Shown here piece by piece: positions 31,205 through 40,901 of a stretch of DNA of 64,000 nt. The notes beneath the pieces are model-generated. The model was not told where the DNA came from. It made no database searches and saw only the letters and a program-made list of their open reading frames with translations. The stretch comes from Bacteroidota bacterium. GTDB lineage: Bacteria > Bacteroidota > Bacteroidia > JACPRZ01. The DNA is taken from contig JACPRZ010000061.1 in NCBI GenBank assembly GCA_016193485.1, forward strand, positions 6,855 through 70,854, given 5' to 3'. The position numbers and the translations under genes are program-made. How positions within the stretch are numbered: position 1 is the stretch's first letter; each line of letters begins with the position of its first letter.

Positions 31205-31229
31205 GAGAAGAATAACGTGCAAAAGAACA

Positions 31230-31961
31230 TTGGAAAAATTGAATCGTAAATTAATACTCTTACAATTATCATGGCTCCTGTTCAATTTCATTTGCATTTA
31301 TACAACCCTTGTTGCCCAACCTCCTGCTTTGGAAAAATGGAACGACAAAAAATATGATTCTGCAAACAGTGCAAATGATGCTGAATATCTTACACAAGGG
31401 GAAAAACAGGTCATCTTCTATACAAACCTTGCGCGAATGAACGGTCCCTTGTTTGCCGAAACCTACCTGCAAAAATATCTCGACAGCGCTGGAATGGAAG
31501 AAAATTCATGGGTTCAGTCCCTGAGAAAAGATCTCCGGAAATTATCACCGCTTTCGCCTATGAAACCGGAAAAGGAACTTTTCAATGAAGCGTACAAACA
31601 TGCCAGAGGCATGGGCGAGGCGGGCAGGACCGGTCATTCATCCCCGTCCGGTGAAAGTTTTGGCAGGAGGATGAAAAAACTGCAAGGTGAATATGATATG
31701 GTTGCCGAAAATTGTCAATACGGAAATGATGATCCGTTGTCCATTGTTATTGACCTGCTCATTGATGAGGGAGTCAGCGGAAACGGCCACCGGATGAATA
31801 TGCTGGATCCCAATATGCAATACATCGGTGTTTCCATCCAGCCGCATAAGAAATACGGATATAATTGCGTGATGGATTTTGGGGGAAGAGAAGAAGTTGT
31901 TAAAAAAACTCTGGCACAAAAGTTTCTTTTTTGGGTTAAAAGTATTTTTACCGGTGAATAG
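31230..31961 (+). CDS. CAP (SCP-like) domain protein
   Basis: TNLARMN, AENCQYG and LLIDEGVSGNGHRMNML. Confidence 0.85.
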   Translation: MEKLNRKLILLQLSWLLFNFICIYTTLVAQPPALEKWNDKKYDSANSANDAEYLTQGEKQVIFYTNLARMNGPLFAETYLQKYLDSAGMEENSWVQSLRKDLRKLSPLSPMKPEKELFNEAYKHARGMGEAGRTGHSSPSGESFGRRMKKLQGEYDMVAENCQYGNDDPLSIVIDLLIDEGVSGNGHRMNMLDPNMQYIGVSIQPHKKYGYNCVMDFGGREEVVKKTLAQKFLFWVKSIFTGE

Positions 31962-33942
31962 CAAAAAACCGTTTTTATTGCGATCCTTCAAAACAGGGGG
32001 GTATAATCCTCCATTCTTCATTCCTTTTCTTATTGCCGTTTATATGACAGGTATCTTTTTTTTCTTTTTGTGCCGGGTAGTTTTAGTGTTAATGAACCTG
32101 TTCGCCTCCGGAATCGGTATCCACCACGGATCTCTTATTTTTTATTCTTTCCTTATGGGTTTACGGTTTGATACCGTAATTTCATGTTATATCCTGGCTA
32201 TTCCCTTTCCATTCTTATTATTCTCCTGGATGTTCCCAATAGGATTTGTTATTTCAATAAAAATTTCGCGAATACTCATTCTTACCGGTTATCTGCTTTC
32301 ATTCTTTATCTGCTGGGTGGACATTCCGTATTACAATTTTTTCCATTCACGGCTGAACAGTGTCGTTTTCAACTGGTTTCATGACCCCGGTTTTGTCTTC
32401 AGAATGATATTTTCTGAATGGACTTTCTGGATTTTTATTATTCCGTTCCTGATATATGCGGTATGTTTTATTATGATCTCACGGAAATATCACAACCTGT
32501 TCTTTTCCAAAAAACCGGTATCCATTTCACGAAATCTATTGATTGATGTTCCCGTAATTTTACTTATCGGTTCACTGATCTTTCTGGGAATAAGAGGAAG
32601 AATTAAAAAAAAATCTCCCATCCGTACAGGTACCGCTTATTTCTGTGAAGTGCCTTTTTTAAATCATCTTGGCCTTAACCCGGCTTTTACTCTTGTATCC
32701 AGTGGTCTTGAAGATTTAAAAGACCGGAGTCGACCGGTAAAACTGATCCCGGAACAGGAAGCCGTAGTTACTGCTGAAAAATACCTCGGTATAAGACCTG
32801 ATTCTTTAGGAAAATCGGAATTTTCAAGATCTATACTGTATGATGGATCACCACGAAAATTAAATGTGATACTTATTTTAATGGAAGGTATGTCGGAATA
32901 TTTCAGGGGAAAGCATGGTGGTCCGGAAAATCTTACCCCGGTATTAGACAGTTTAACAAAGCAGTCCCTGAATTTTGAAAACATTTTTTCTTCCGGAATT
33001 CATACTTATAATGGGATTTACAGTACGCTTTTTTCCTATCCGGCTTTACTGAAACAACATCCGATGTTAAAAATTCCGTCAAGGCAGTATGAAGGTATGC
33101 CACTTTCCCTTAAAAGAAATGGGTACAGAACAATGTTTTTTATTGCCCATGATGACCAGTTTGATAATACCGGTGGTTTTCTTATCGCTAACGGTTTTGA
33201 CAGGATTTATTCCCAAAAGGATTATCCCGGTGAAAAAATATTAAGCACGCTTGGCGTTCCGGATGATTATCTTTATGAATTTTCCATAACAGTTTTTAAC
33301 GGATATCACCGGAGCGGACAACCCTTCTTTGCCGGCTTTATGACTGCGAGTAATCATGATCCGATAATAATACCTGAGTGGGCTGATTTTAAACCTAATT
33401 CTAATGACAAAAAAGAGATGATAATTGAATATTGCGATTGGTCACTCGGAAAATTCATAAAACTTTGTTCACGGGAACCATGGTATGGCAGTACTATTTT
33501 TGTCATCACTGCAGATCATGGTTCCGGATACCCTTGGGTTTATGAGATGCCACTTACCTATCACCATATTCCACTTATTATACACGCACCTGGTCTTAAT
33601 ATTAAACCGGAATCTTTGAAAAATCCGGGCGGGCAGATTGATATTTTTCCTACAATAATGGGTCTCCTGAACATCTCTTATAGTAACAATACCTTCGGAA
33701 CCGACCTGCTGTCAGAGACACGACCATTCATATTCTTTACTGCCGATGATAAAATCGGCTGTGCGGATAAAGATTATTTTTTCATTCATCTCATGGGGGG
33801 ATCAGAATATCTTTACCGTTATAATTTTCCTGGGTCCGGGAATGTGATAACTGATTTCAGAGAAAAAGCAGACAGCATGAAACGATATGCGTTCAGCATG
33901 CTTCAGGCAGCTCAATGGAAAATTAAAAATGAATTACAGTGA
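31954..33942 (+). CDS. LTA synthase family / sulfatase-like membrane protein
   Basis: N-terminal TM helices, NVILILMEG, TASNHDP and ITADHG. Start uncertain (GTG at 31954 or ATG at 32044). Confidence 0.85.
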   Translation: MNSKKPFLLRSFKTGGYNPPFFIPFLIAVYMTGIFFFFLCRVVLVLMNLFASGIGIHHGSLIFYSFLMGLRFDTVISCYILAIPFPFLLFSWMFPIGFVISIKISRILILTGYLLSFFICWVDIPYYNFFHSRLNSVVFNWFHDPGFVFRMIFSEWTFWIFIIPFLIYAVCFIMISRKYHNLFFSKKPVSISRNLLIDVPVILLIGSLIFLGIRGRIKKKSPIRTGTAYFCEVPFLNHLGLNPAFTLVSSGLEDLKDRSRPVKLIPEQEAVVTAEKYLGIRPDSLGKSEFSRSILYDGSPRKLNVILILMEGMSEYFRGKHGGPENLTPVLDSLTKQSLNFENIFSSGIHTYNGIYSTLFSYPALLKQHPMLKIPSRQYEGMPLSLKRNGYRTMFFIAHDDQFDNTGGFLIANGFDRIYSQKDYPGEKILSTLGVPDDYLYEFSITVFNGYHRSGQPFFAGFMTASNHDPIIIPEWADFKPNSNDKKEMIIEYCDWSLGKFIKLCSREPWYGSTIFVITADHGSGYPWVYEMPLTYHHIPLIIHAPGLNIKPESLKNPGGQIDIFPTIMGLLNISYSNNTFGTDLLSETRPFIFFTADDKIGCADKDYFFIHLMGGSEYLYRYNFPGSGNVITDFREKADSMKRYAFSMLQAAQWKIKNELQ

Positions 33943-34024
33943 ATAACCGCCAAAAGTGACACCCATCATTTTCTTATTATAAAAGAGATGTATTTTTGTG
34001 TTTCAAATTTTAAATCAGATTAAC

Positions 34025-34501
34025 ATGAATGCACCCACTGAAACCAGCTGCTGTCCCCGCTTCAATCCTGAATACTGGGATGGGAAGGAGATTAACTGGT
34101 CAAATAAATTATTTGTGAAAGACCAGGTAAAATGTCTTCTTCACATACCCCTTAATTTCAGCAAAGTAGTTGTGAGGAATATGAAGAAACTTGAGGATAG
34201 CGGGACAAAAAATCCCGATTATATCATGCTGTCGGATGAAATGTCGGCATGGAAATCAAACCTGCTCATTGCCGTGGATAAGGAAGTTCCCGGTGCGCAG
34301 ACAGAGAAAATATCGGGAAAATTTATCTCAAAGGCGTTTGAAGGGCATTACAGCAATGCCGGCAAATGGGCAAGAGAGATGAAACAGTTTATAAATGGCA
34401 AAGGATTGAACGCGAATAAACTTTATTTCTGGTACACCACCTGCCCTAAATGCGCAAAGGCGTACGGGAAGAATTATACGGTGATCTTTGCGCAGGTTTA
34501 A
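34025..34501 (+). CDS. GyrI-like small protein (often annotated 'hydrolase')
   Basis: CCPRFNPEYWD and FWYTTCPKCAKAYGKNY. Confidence 0.7.
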   Translation: MNAPTETSCCPRFNPEYWDGKEINWSNKLFVKDQVKCLLHIPLNFSKVVVRNMKKLEDSGTKNPDYIMLSDEMSAWKSNLLIAVDKEVPGAQTEKISGKFISKAFEGHYSNAGKWAREMKQFINGKGLNANKLYFWYTTCPKCAKAYGKNYTVIFAQV

Positions 34502-35190
34502 TGAAACGGTTTCCCGAAAGTATAGACAAGGCCCAATGACAACCCCGCAGCAGCCGAATGAGTAGCATGGTCCTGAAGATATACATAAGAATTCTCAATA
34601 TTTACTCCAAGTGCATCGGTCCCTTTAAGGTCAGATAATCCCCATGTAAATCGCAGGGCGGTTGAAAGATGCAGCCGTTTGGCAAGTTTAATATGGGTTC
34701 CCAGCCCGAGCAATACTTCATAGTTGCGGTTGGTGAAATCAACCGTATCCACAGCATTCATATTAAATTCAATAAATCCTTCGCGTTCGTAAACCGGGTT
34801 TGTGATGGATGAATATACTGCACCGAATTCAAAAAATGCCCCGCCTTCGGTAACGAGTTTTAACATCACCGGCACATCAATTTTCTGATAAGAAATACTT
34901 GAGTAATACTCAATGGCATCATAAGGGTCGCGGCCCGAAAAACGCTGAACATGATTGCCGTACAGGAGATCAATTTCAAGACCTAACCGCTTCTTCGGAA
35001 ACATTGCAACAGAGACACCATAATTCCATGCCAGCGATGGCAAGTATTCCTGGTCTTCGGCTTCTTCAAGAATATTCCTGTTGATTATCCATGAGTTGAG
35101 GAGTGTTCCGTTTACACCCACCACCACCCGCTGGGCATCCACAAATCCAAATACCGCAACAAAAGATATAATGAAGCCAAAAATTTTCAT
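34498..35190 (-). CDS. Outer-membrane beta-barrel protein (PorT-like)
   Basis: Signal peptide, alternating strands and a terminal aromatic strand. TACGTTTG promoter just upstream. Confidence 0.75.
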   Translation of the reverse strand: MKIFGFIISFVAVFGFVDAQRVVVGVNGTLLNSWIINRNILEEAEDQEYLPSLAWNYGVSVAMFPKKRLGLEIDLLYGNHVQRFSGRDPYDAIEYYSSISYQKIDVPVMLKLVTEGGAFFEFGAVYSSITNPVYEREGFIEFNMNAVDTVDFTNRNYEVLLGLGTHIKLAKRLHLSTALRFTWGLSDLKGTDALGVNIENSYVYLQDHATHSAAAGLSLGLVYTFGKPFH

Positions 35191-35358
35191 GCCAACAAAC
35201 GTATTTATACTGACGGAATTTGATTTTGCAAGTATACAAAATAAAATTCATCAGTATATGCTGATCTGAATGATTTGCAAAATCATTCAGCATCAGTATA
35301 AAAGGTAATTATTCGTAAATTCGTCCCTATAGCCATCTGGATTCGTAATTCGTAAAGA

Positions 35359-36087
35359 TTAAAAGAACAAAAACGATCTTCTGCCGGTACATGGCGATTT
35401 TGCCATAAATCCGAGATCGTAATTCAATTCCAGGACGAACCCGATACTCAACGGGGTTGTAAATTTATAGGGTTTGTAATTAGCGGCCTTGTAGGAAAAA
35501 ATATCAGGGTTTGCAGTACCGCCTTGTCCGCTAATAAAGTCATTAAAACTGTAGGTTAGCCGAATACCCGAAGCAATACCGAAGTTATCCCATCCCATAA
35601 GGTAAGAACCGAAACTGAATATCGCTGCCCAGTAATTCTTATCGTAATAAGTTGAAGCATCAATTTCGGCCTGTGCTGAATTTGTTTCTCTTATCCTGTT
35701 GTTAATGGTGTATTGCGGTCCGAATTCAAGGTAACTGCCGTTATCCTTATTGTACCTGAAGAGTATAGGTACCTGAATCTGCATACATGAAATTTCCTTA
35801 TCCCATTTAGTTTCACCATTATCTTCTATTGTGAACTTCTGCCTGAAAAAACCATAATATCCCTCTCCCACAATCTGAACCGATTCATTGAAATTAAACC
35901 CTAATTTTAAACCTGTTGCGTTGGCAAGCGAAATCCTTGTCTTGTATTTATCCACATCGCTAAGCACATTTTCATTGACCAGCACGGTTGTACCGATATT
36001 GTTTTTAATTCCACCGTCAAAGAACTGCTGCCCGTGCGCAACGGTGAAAGAAACAAACAAAACGAAAGAAACGATATATTTGCTCAT
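35359..36087 (-). CDS. Outer-membrane beta-barrel protein (PorT-like)
   Basis: ATG at 36087 (MSKYIVSFVLF), supported by a TACTTTTG promoter at 36110-36117. Confidence 0.75.
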   Translation of the reverse strand: MSKYIVSFVLFVSFTVAHGQQFFDGGIKNNIGTTVLVNENVLSDVDKYKTRISLANATGLKLGFNFNESVQIVGEGYYGFFRQKFTIEDNGETKWDKEISCMQIQVPILFRYNKDNGSYLEFGPQYTINNRIRETNSAQAEIDASTYYDKNYWAAIFSFGSYLMGWDNFGIASGIRLTYSFNDFISGQGGTANPDIFSYKAANYKPYKFTTPLSIGFVLELNYDLGFMAKSPCTGRRSFLFF

Positions 36088-36151
36088 GGTTGTTTCCGAT
36101 GATGAAGTACAAAAGTAAACCAAATAATGATTTCGGTCATCTGGCGCTGCC

Positions 36152-36853
36152 ATGAACATCATTGAGGTAACCGAACTTATCAGGAAGGAAATTCTCATTG
36201 AGTTCCGGAGGAAGTCATCCCTTGGAGGTCTCATCCTTTATACGGTAAGCGCGCTCTTCATTTTTTTTCTGACCATAAAAAAATTCAATGATCCTGCAGT
36301 CATTAATGCAATATTGTGGATTACCATTCTCTTTGGCAGCGTGAATGTTGCGGCAAGGAGTTTTATTCAGGAAGGGGAAGGCAGCCACTTTTATTTCTAT
36401 ACACTGGTTTCTTCGCAAACCCTGATCATTTCAAAAATCATTTATAATTTTTTTATCATTGTAATGCTTTCATTTATTGCTAGCGGTGCGGTCTGGTTGT
36501 GGTCAGGCAACCTGGGAGGCCTGCCTGCCTTGATGGAAATGCATGAGCAACGGCAGGCAGGGAACTTTCCGGAATTCCTGCTCATCATTTTGCTGGGTAG
36601 CACAGGGCTGTCCACGCTTCTTACTTTTGTCTCATCCATTTCGTCAAAATCAACCAACCAGCCGATGTTGATGGCCATCTTGAGTTTCCCGCTTATCTTA
36701 CCCCTGCTGATGGTCGTCATCCGGTTAACCGAAGCGGTTTTTGAAGGAAGCGGTTTCAGTGAAATTATCAAGGATATAAGCATACTCGCATCGCTTGACA
36801 TAATTATTATTACTCTTGCGATAATTCTGTTTCCTTATCTCTGGAAGGAATAA
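36152..36853 (+). CDS. ccmB: Heme exporter protein B
   Basis: LIRKEILIEFR, LMAILSFPLILP and ILFPYLWKE. Carries a 14-aa repeat-derived insertion. Confidence 0.9.
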   Translation: MNIIEVTELIRKEILIEFRRKSSLGGLILYTVSALFIFFLTIKKFNDPAVINAILWITILFGSVNVAARSFIQEGEGSHFYFYTLVSSQTLIISKIIYNFFIIVMLSFIASGAVWLWSGNLGGLPALMEMHEQRQAGNFPEFLLIILLGSTGLSTLLTFVSSISSKSTNQPMLMAILSFPLILPLLMVVIRLTEAVFEGSGFSEIIKDISILASLDIIIITLAIILFPYLWKE

Positions 36854-36858
36854 AAATT

Positions 36859-37009
36859 GAGTCCACTCTAATAAGTCATTTTTGCCACAAAAACACGAAA
36901 ACACAAAAATTGCACTAAAAATAAATATATCATAATAAAGATTTTGTGGGATTTCGTGTTTTTGAGATTTAGTGGCATTTTACTAAATTTTACTTTTTAT
37001 AGCGGACTC
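36859..37009. mobile_element. MITE-like element with GAGTCC terminal inverted repeats enclosing a GCCAC...GTGGC unit
   Basis: Left end GAGTCCACTCTAATAAGT, right end (reverse complement) GAGTCCGCTATAAAAAGT, with AAAATT on both flanks. Confidence 0.55.
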
Positions 37010-37076
37010 AAAATTTAGAGATTTGAGATTTTGGGATTTTAAATTCTGAAATCAAAAAATCCAAAAATAGTTTGTC

Positions 37077-37748
37077 ATGTCAACCTGGTGGTGGAAAATA
37101 GTTGTGGTCGTGCTCCTATGTTACACCGTGATAGCCGGCTTCCTTGGATCCGTTCCTGCACTTCCCATCCTCCATGAATCAATCCGCAACCTCTATTTTC
37201 ATGTTGCCGTTATGTTTGCCACCATTATTTTGCTGACGGTTTCACTTTTTTTCAGCGTCCGTCATCTTTCCGCATTCCGGCAGCATGATGATCTGAAAGC
37301 CGCTGAAGCGGTGAATGTCGGTGTTTTATTTGGGATTCTCGGTGTTCTTACCGGGTCGGTATGGGCGAAATTTACATGGGGAACCTGGTGGGTCAAGGAT
37401 GCCAAACTGAACGGCACCGTGGTCGCTCTTCTCGCCTACTTCGCTTATATGATCCTGCGCGACTCGATCACCGACAGGCAGAAGAAAGCCCGCATTTCGG
37501 CTGTTTACAATATCTTTGCATGGGTGATGATGCTGATTTTTTTACTTATCCTGCCGCGTATGACTGCATCCCTTCATCCCGGCAGCGGTGGTAATCCCGG
37601 ATTCGGAACGTATGACCTCAGCAATACCATGAAACTCGTTTTTTATCCCGCTGTTGCAGGATGGACGCTTCTCGCTCTGTGGCTCTGGGAGATAAGGGTC
37701 AGGATCAGGATCATAAATGATAAAATTTTAAATGAAAAAAATTTATAG
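37077..37748 (+). CDS. ccmC: Heme exporter protein C
   Basis: SIRNLYFHV and TGSVWAKFTWGTWWVKDAKL (WWD-like motif). Confidence 0.92.
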   Translation: MSTWWWKIVVVVLLCYTVIAGFLGSVPALPILHESIRNLYFHVAVMFATIILLTVSLFFSVRHLSAFRQHDDLKAAEAVNVGVLFGILGVLTGSVWAKFTWGTWWVKDAKLNGTVVALLAYFAYMILRDSITDRQKKARISAVYNIFAWVMMLIFLLILPRMTASLHPGSGGNPGFGTYDLSNTMKLVFYPAVAGWTLLALWLWEIRVRIRIINDKILNEKNL

Positions 37749-37998
37749 AATATTTTTTGCACGCTTCCCCTTCAGGGGGCTGGGGGGTGTTATCTTAGCA
37801 CCTTTGATTTTTCTTTTCCCTGCAGGAACCGCTTTTGCCGGTGTGGAAATGGCTGATGCATTGAGAGCGTCAGGGAAAATATATGTAGTGGTTGCCGTCC
37901 TTTGCCTGATTTTTGCCGGGTTGATTTTTTACCTGATCCGGATAGACCGGAAAGTATCGGGAATTGAAAAGAAACTTAAAGAAAAAGAGTCGTCATGA
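37732..37998 (+). CDS. ccmD: CcmD family protein
   Basis: MADALRASGKIYVVVAVL...LIFYLIRIDRKV, located between ccmC and ccmE. Confidence 0.8.
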   Translation: MKKIYRIFFARFPFRGLGGVILAPLIFLFPAGTAFAGVEMADALRASGKIYVVVAVLCLIFAGLIFYLIRIDRKVSGIEKKLKEKESS

Positions 37999-38381
37999 AG
38001 CGTTCGCATCTCATTGCAATAATTATCATTGCGCTTGCCGTTGGCGCCATTATCGCCACTATTTCCGACTCGGGCACTTATGCCGATTTCAGCGATGCTT
38101 TTGCCAATGAAGGAAAAGAATTTCATGTTGTCGGACGGCTGGCGAAGGATAAGGAGATGATTTATGACCCGTTATCAGACCCGAACCTTTTTATTTTTAC
38201 CATGGCAGATGATAAAGGAACCGAAAAAAAAATCTTCCTCCATAAAGCAAAACCGCAGGAATTTGAACTTTCAGAACAGATCGTGGTCATAGGGAAGGGC
38301 GTCAGCGGTGAATTCCATGCAAGGGAAATATTGATGAAGTGCCCGTCAAAGTACACGGATAACCAGGTGAGGGCGGAGTAG
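37995..38381 (+). CDS. ccmE: Heme chaperone CcmE (CxxxY type)
   Basis: N-terminal TM helix and an ILMKCPSKY motif. Confidence 0.92.
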   Translation: MKRSHLIAIIIIALAVGAIIATISDSGTYADFSDAFANEGKEFHVVGRLAKDKEMIYDPLSDPNLFIFTMADDKGTEKKIFLHKAKPQEFELSEQIVVIGKGVSGEFHAREILMKCPSKYTDNQVRAE

Positions 38382-38444
38382 CGGAGTGGTACCTGCCTGC
38401 CGGAACACCGGAATCAACTGCAATATTGAAAAAAACATGATGGT

Positions 38445-40898
38445 ATGACCTACCAGGGTGAACAACTTATTTATGGATATGCCGGCAACCTGCTGATATA
38501 CCTTTCTTTTACCGCTGCACTTGGTTCCGCACTGCTTTATTTTTTCGCTTCGGATAAAAACGAAATCAAATGGAGAAAATCGGCAAGAATAATTTTTCTT
38601 GTCCAGTTTCTTTCAACTGCATGCATCATCCTTCTTCTTCTCTTCCTGCTGGTCAACCACCGTTTTGAATATTATTATGTTTGGCAGCACTCCAATTCTG
38701 AGACACCGCTTCACTATATTGTATCCTCTCTCTGGGAAGGACAGGAAGGAAGTTTTCTCATGTGGATGTTCTGGAACGGGATGCTTGGGATATTCCTTGT
38801 AAAAACGGCACAAAAATGGGAACCGGTAACAATGGTCACAGTTTCGCTGGTGCAGGTTTTTATTGCATCAATGCTGCTGGGAATAGATTTTTTCGGATAT
38901 AAAATAGGTAGCAACCCGTTCATTCTTTTGCGTGATCATCCCGACATGGCGAATATGCCTTTTGCCAAAGTACCCGATTATTTATCCAAAATTGACGGCC
39001 GCGGGCTGAATCCTCTCCTCCAGAATTACTGGATGCTCATTCATCCCCCGGTTCTTTTTCTCGGTTTTGCTTTGACCTTAATACCTTTTGCTTATGCTGT
39101 TGCAGGATTATGGATAAAAGAATACGATACCTGGCAGAAACCTGCATTGCCTTGGATTTTCTCAGGAGTCGCTGTACTGGGTGCCGGAGTGCTTATGGGG
39201 GGGGCGTGGGCTTATGAAGCGCTTAGTTTCGGTGGCTTCTGGGCATGGGACCCCGTGGAAAATTCATCCCTAGTGCCCTGGCTTACGCTTGTAGCGGGAG
39301 GACATTCCCTGCTCATCAATATCCATAGCCGGCAGTCGTACAGGACTTCCTTTGCACTGCTCATCATCACATTTGTTCTTGTCCTTTATTCAACTTTTCT
39401 TACCCGCAGCGGAATTCTAGGTGATACATCGGTGCACGCCTTCACCGATCTCGGCATGTCGGGGCAATTGCTGGTTTACCTTCTTTTTTTTGCAATTGCA
39501 GGGTTCGCCCTGTTGCTCAAGAACTGGAAACAGATTCCATCCCACCGGCAGAATGAACATCTCCTCTCGCGTGAATTCTGGATGTTTACGGGCGCTTTGG
39601 TGTTGTGCATATCCTCCTTCCAGATCATCTTTACCACTTCCATACCGGTAATAAATAAAATATTCGGTGCCGGACTGGCTCCCCCGGTCAATCCTGCGGC
39701 CCATTACAACACGTGGCAGGTGCCCTTTGCCGTGATCATTGCGTTGTTCTCAGGGGCAGGGCTCTTCCTGAAATTCAGGAATACGGACAGGAAATTATTT
39801 CTGAAGGATATTCTTTTACCCGTGATAGTGGCGCTCATTCTGTCACTGGCAATAATTCTGGGATTATCCATTAAACGGCCTGACCTGATCGTACTGCTTT
39901 TCACTTCGCTCTTTTCCATCGGAGCCAACACAAAATACATTTTCAGGGTTTTAGGGGGGGGGTGGATGAAAGCGGGTAAAGGTCTTGCCCATACCGGTTT
40001 TGCCATGATTCTCGCAGGCGCTTTGATATCCACCCACAAAAGTGTTGTGATCTCCCAAAACTCATCCGGCATTGATGTCACAGCGCTTGGAAAAGAATTC
40101 TCCAACCGCGAAAACATCCTGCTGATGGTTGGGGACACTCTCCGCATGCATGCCTGGCCGGCCGTGCCTGCCGGCAGGCAGGTAGGCAGGGGTGAATACC
40201 TTGTCAGTTACCGGGGCAAGGAACTGCACGGTAAAAATGTGCTCTTCAGGATTGACTTCATGAAACCGGGGGAAAAAGATGGCGACACCGCACTGCACCT
40301 TTTTTCTCTTTTCCCGCGTGTGCAACTTAATCCGAAGATGGGAAATGTTGCTGAGCCCGACACCCGCCACTTCCTGACTAATGATGTTTACACCTTTGTG
40401 AATTTTGCCGATCTGGATACCGATAAAAACGATTCGGTTAAAATTTCTGAACATACCATTTCCATTGGCGACACCATTTTGCTTTCCAATAGCATGATTA
40501 TCCCTGTGAATCTTTACCGGTTACCGGTAAATGATTCACTGATTCTCATGGCCGGGTTGAGTCCTGATTCGCTTGAATTAGCGGTAAAAGCGGAACTGGA
40601 AATCATCCGGATGAAAAAAAAGAGCGGCTATATCTATCCTGTTTTTATTATCAGTAAAAACAATTTCATCTCGTTCATTGATGATGAAGATAAAGAGACG
40701 GGCATATCCGTTTCATTCGTGCGCATCTTCCCCGAAATGGGAAAGATCCACCTGCGGATAACGGAAAGAAAAAATGAAAGCCGCGATTTCATTATTATGA
40801 AGGCAATCGTATTCCCGTATATAAATATTTTGTGGGCGGGTGCGGTGGCGATGGTGCTGGGAACCGTTATTTCGGTAATTAAAAGAATTAAAAAATAA
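38445..40898 (+). CDS. ccmF: Cytochrome c biogenesis heme lyase CcmF
   Basis: SLWEGQEGS, LLQNYWMLIHPP, GGFWAWDPVEN, FLTRSGIL and AHTG. Confidence 0.95.
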   Translation: MTYQGEQLIYGYAGNLLIYLSFTAALGSALLYFFASDKNEIKWRKSARIIFLVQFLSTACIILLLLFLLVNHRFEYYYVWQHSNSETPLHYIVSSLWEGQEGSFLMWMFWNGMLGIFLVKTAQKWEPVTMVTVSLVQVFIASMLLGIDFFGYKIGSNPFILLRDHPDMANMPFAKVPDYLSKIDGRGLNPLLQNYWMLIHPPVLFLGFALTLIPFAYAVAGLWIKEYDTWQKPALPWIFSGVAVLGAGVLMGGAWAYEALSFGGFWAWDPVENSSLVPWLTLVAGGHSLLINIHSRQSYRTSFALLIITFVLVLYSTFLTRSGILGDTSVHAFTDLGMSGQLLVYLLFFAIAGFALLLKNWKQIPSHRQNEHLLSREFWMFTGALVLCISSFQIIFTTSIPVINKIFGAGLAPPVNPAAHYNTWQVPFAVIIALFSGAGLFLKFRNTDRKLFLKDILLPVIVALILSLAIILGLSIKRPDLIVLLFTSLFSIGANTKYIFRVLGGGWMKAGKGLAHTGFAMILAGALISTHKSVVISQNSSGIDVTALGKEFSNRENILLMVGDTLRMHAWPAVPAGRQVGRGEYLVSYRGKELHGKNVLFRIDFMKPGEKDGDTALHLFSLFPRVQLNPKMGNVAEPDTRHFLTNDVYTFVNFADLDTDKNDSVKISEHTISIGDTILLSNSMIIPVNLYRLPVNDSLILMAGLSPDSLELAVKAELEIIRMKKKSGYIYPVFIISKNNFISFIDDEDKETGISVSFVRIFPEMGKIHLRITERKNESRDFIIMKAIVFPYINILWAGAVAMVLGTVISVIKRIKK

Positions 40899-40901
40899 CC
40901 C

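Noticed and set aside
35255-35300. Long hairpin as a riboswitch or ncRNA
   Set aside because: Its position downstream of a gene fits a terminator or repeat, and no aptamer motif was recognised.
39954-39962. G9 run in ccmF as a phase-variation switch
   Set aside because: It is in frame, and G8/C8 runs are common across the window (111, 8572, 9115, 10828, 27939), so it is not distinctive without read data.
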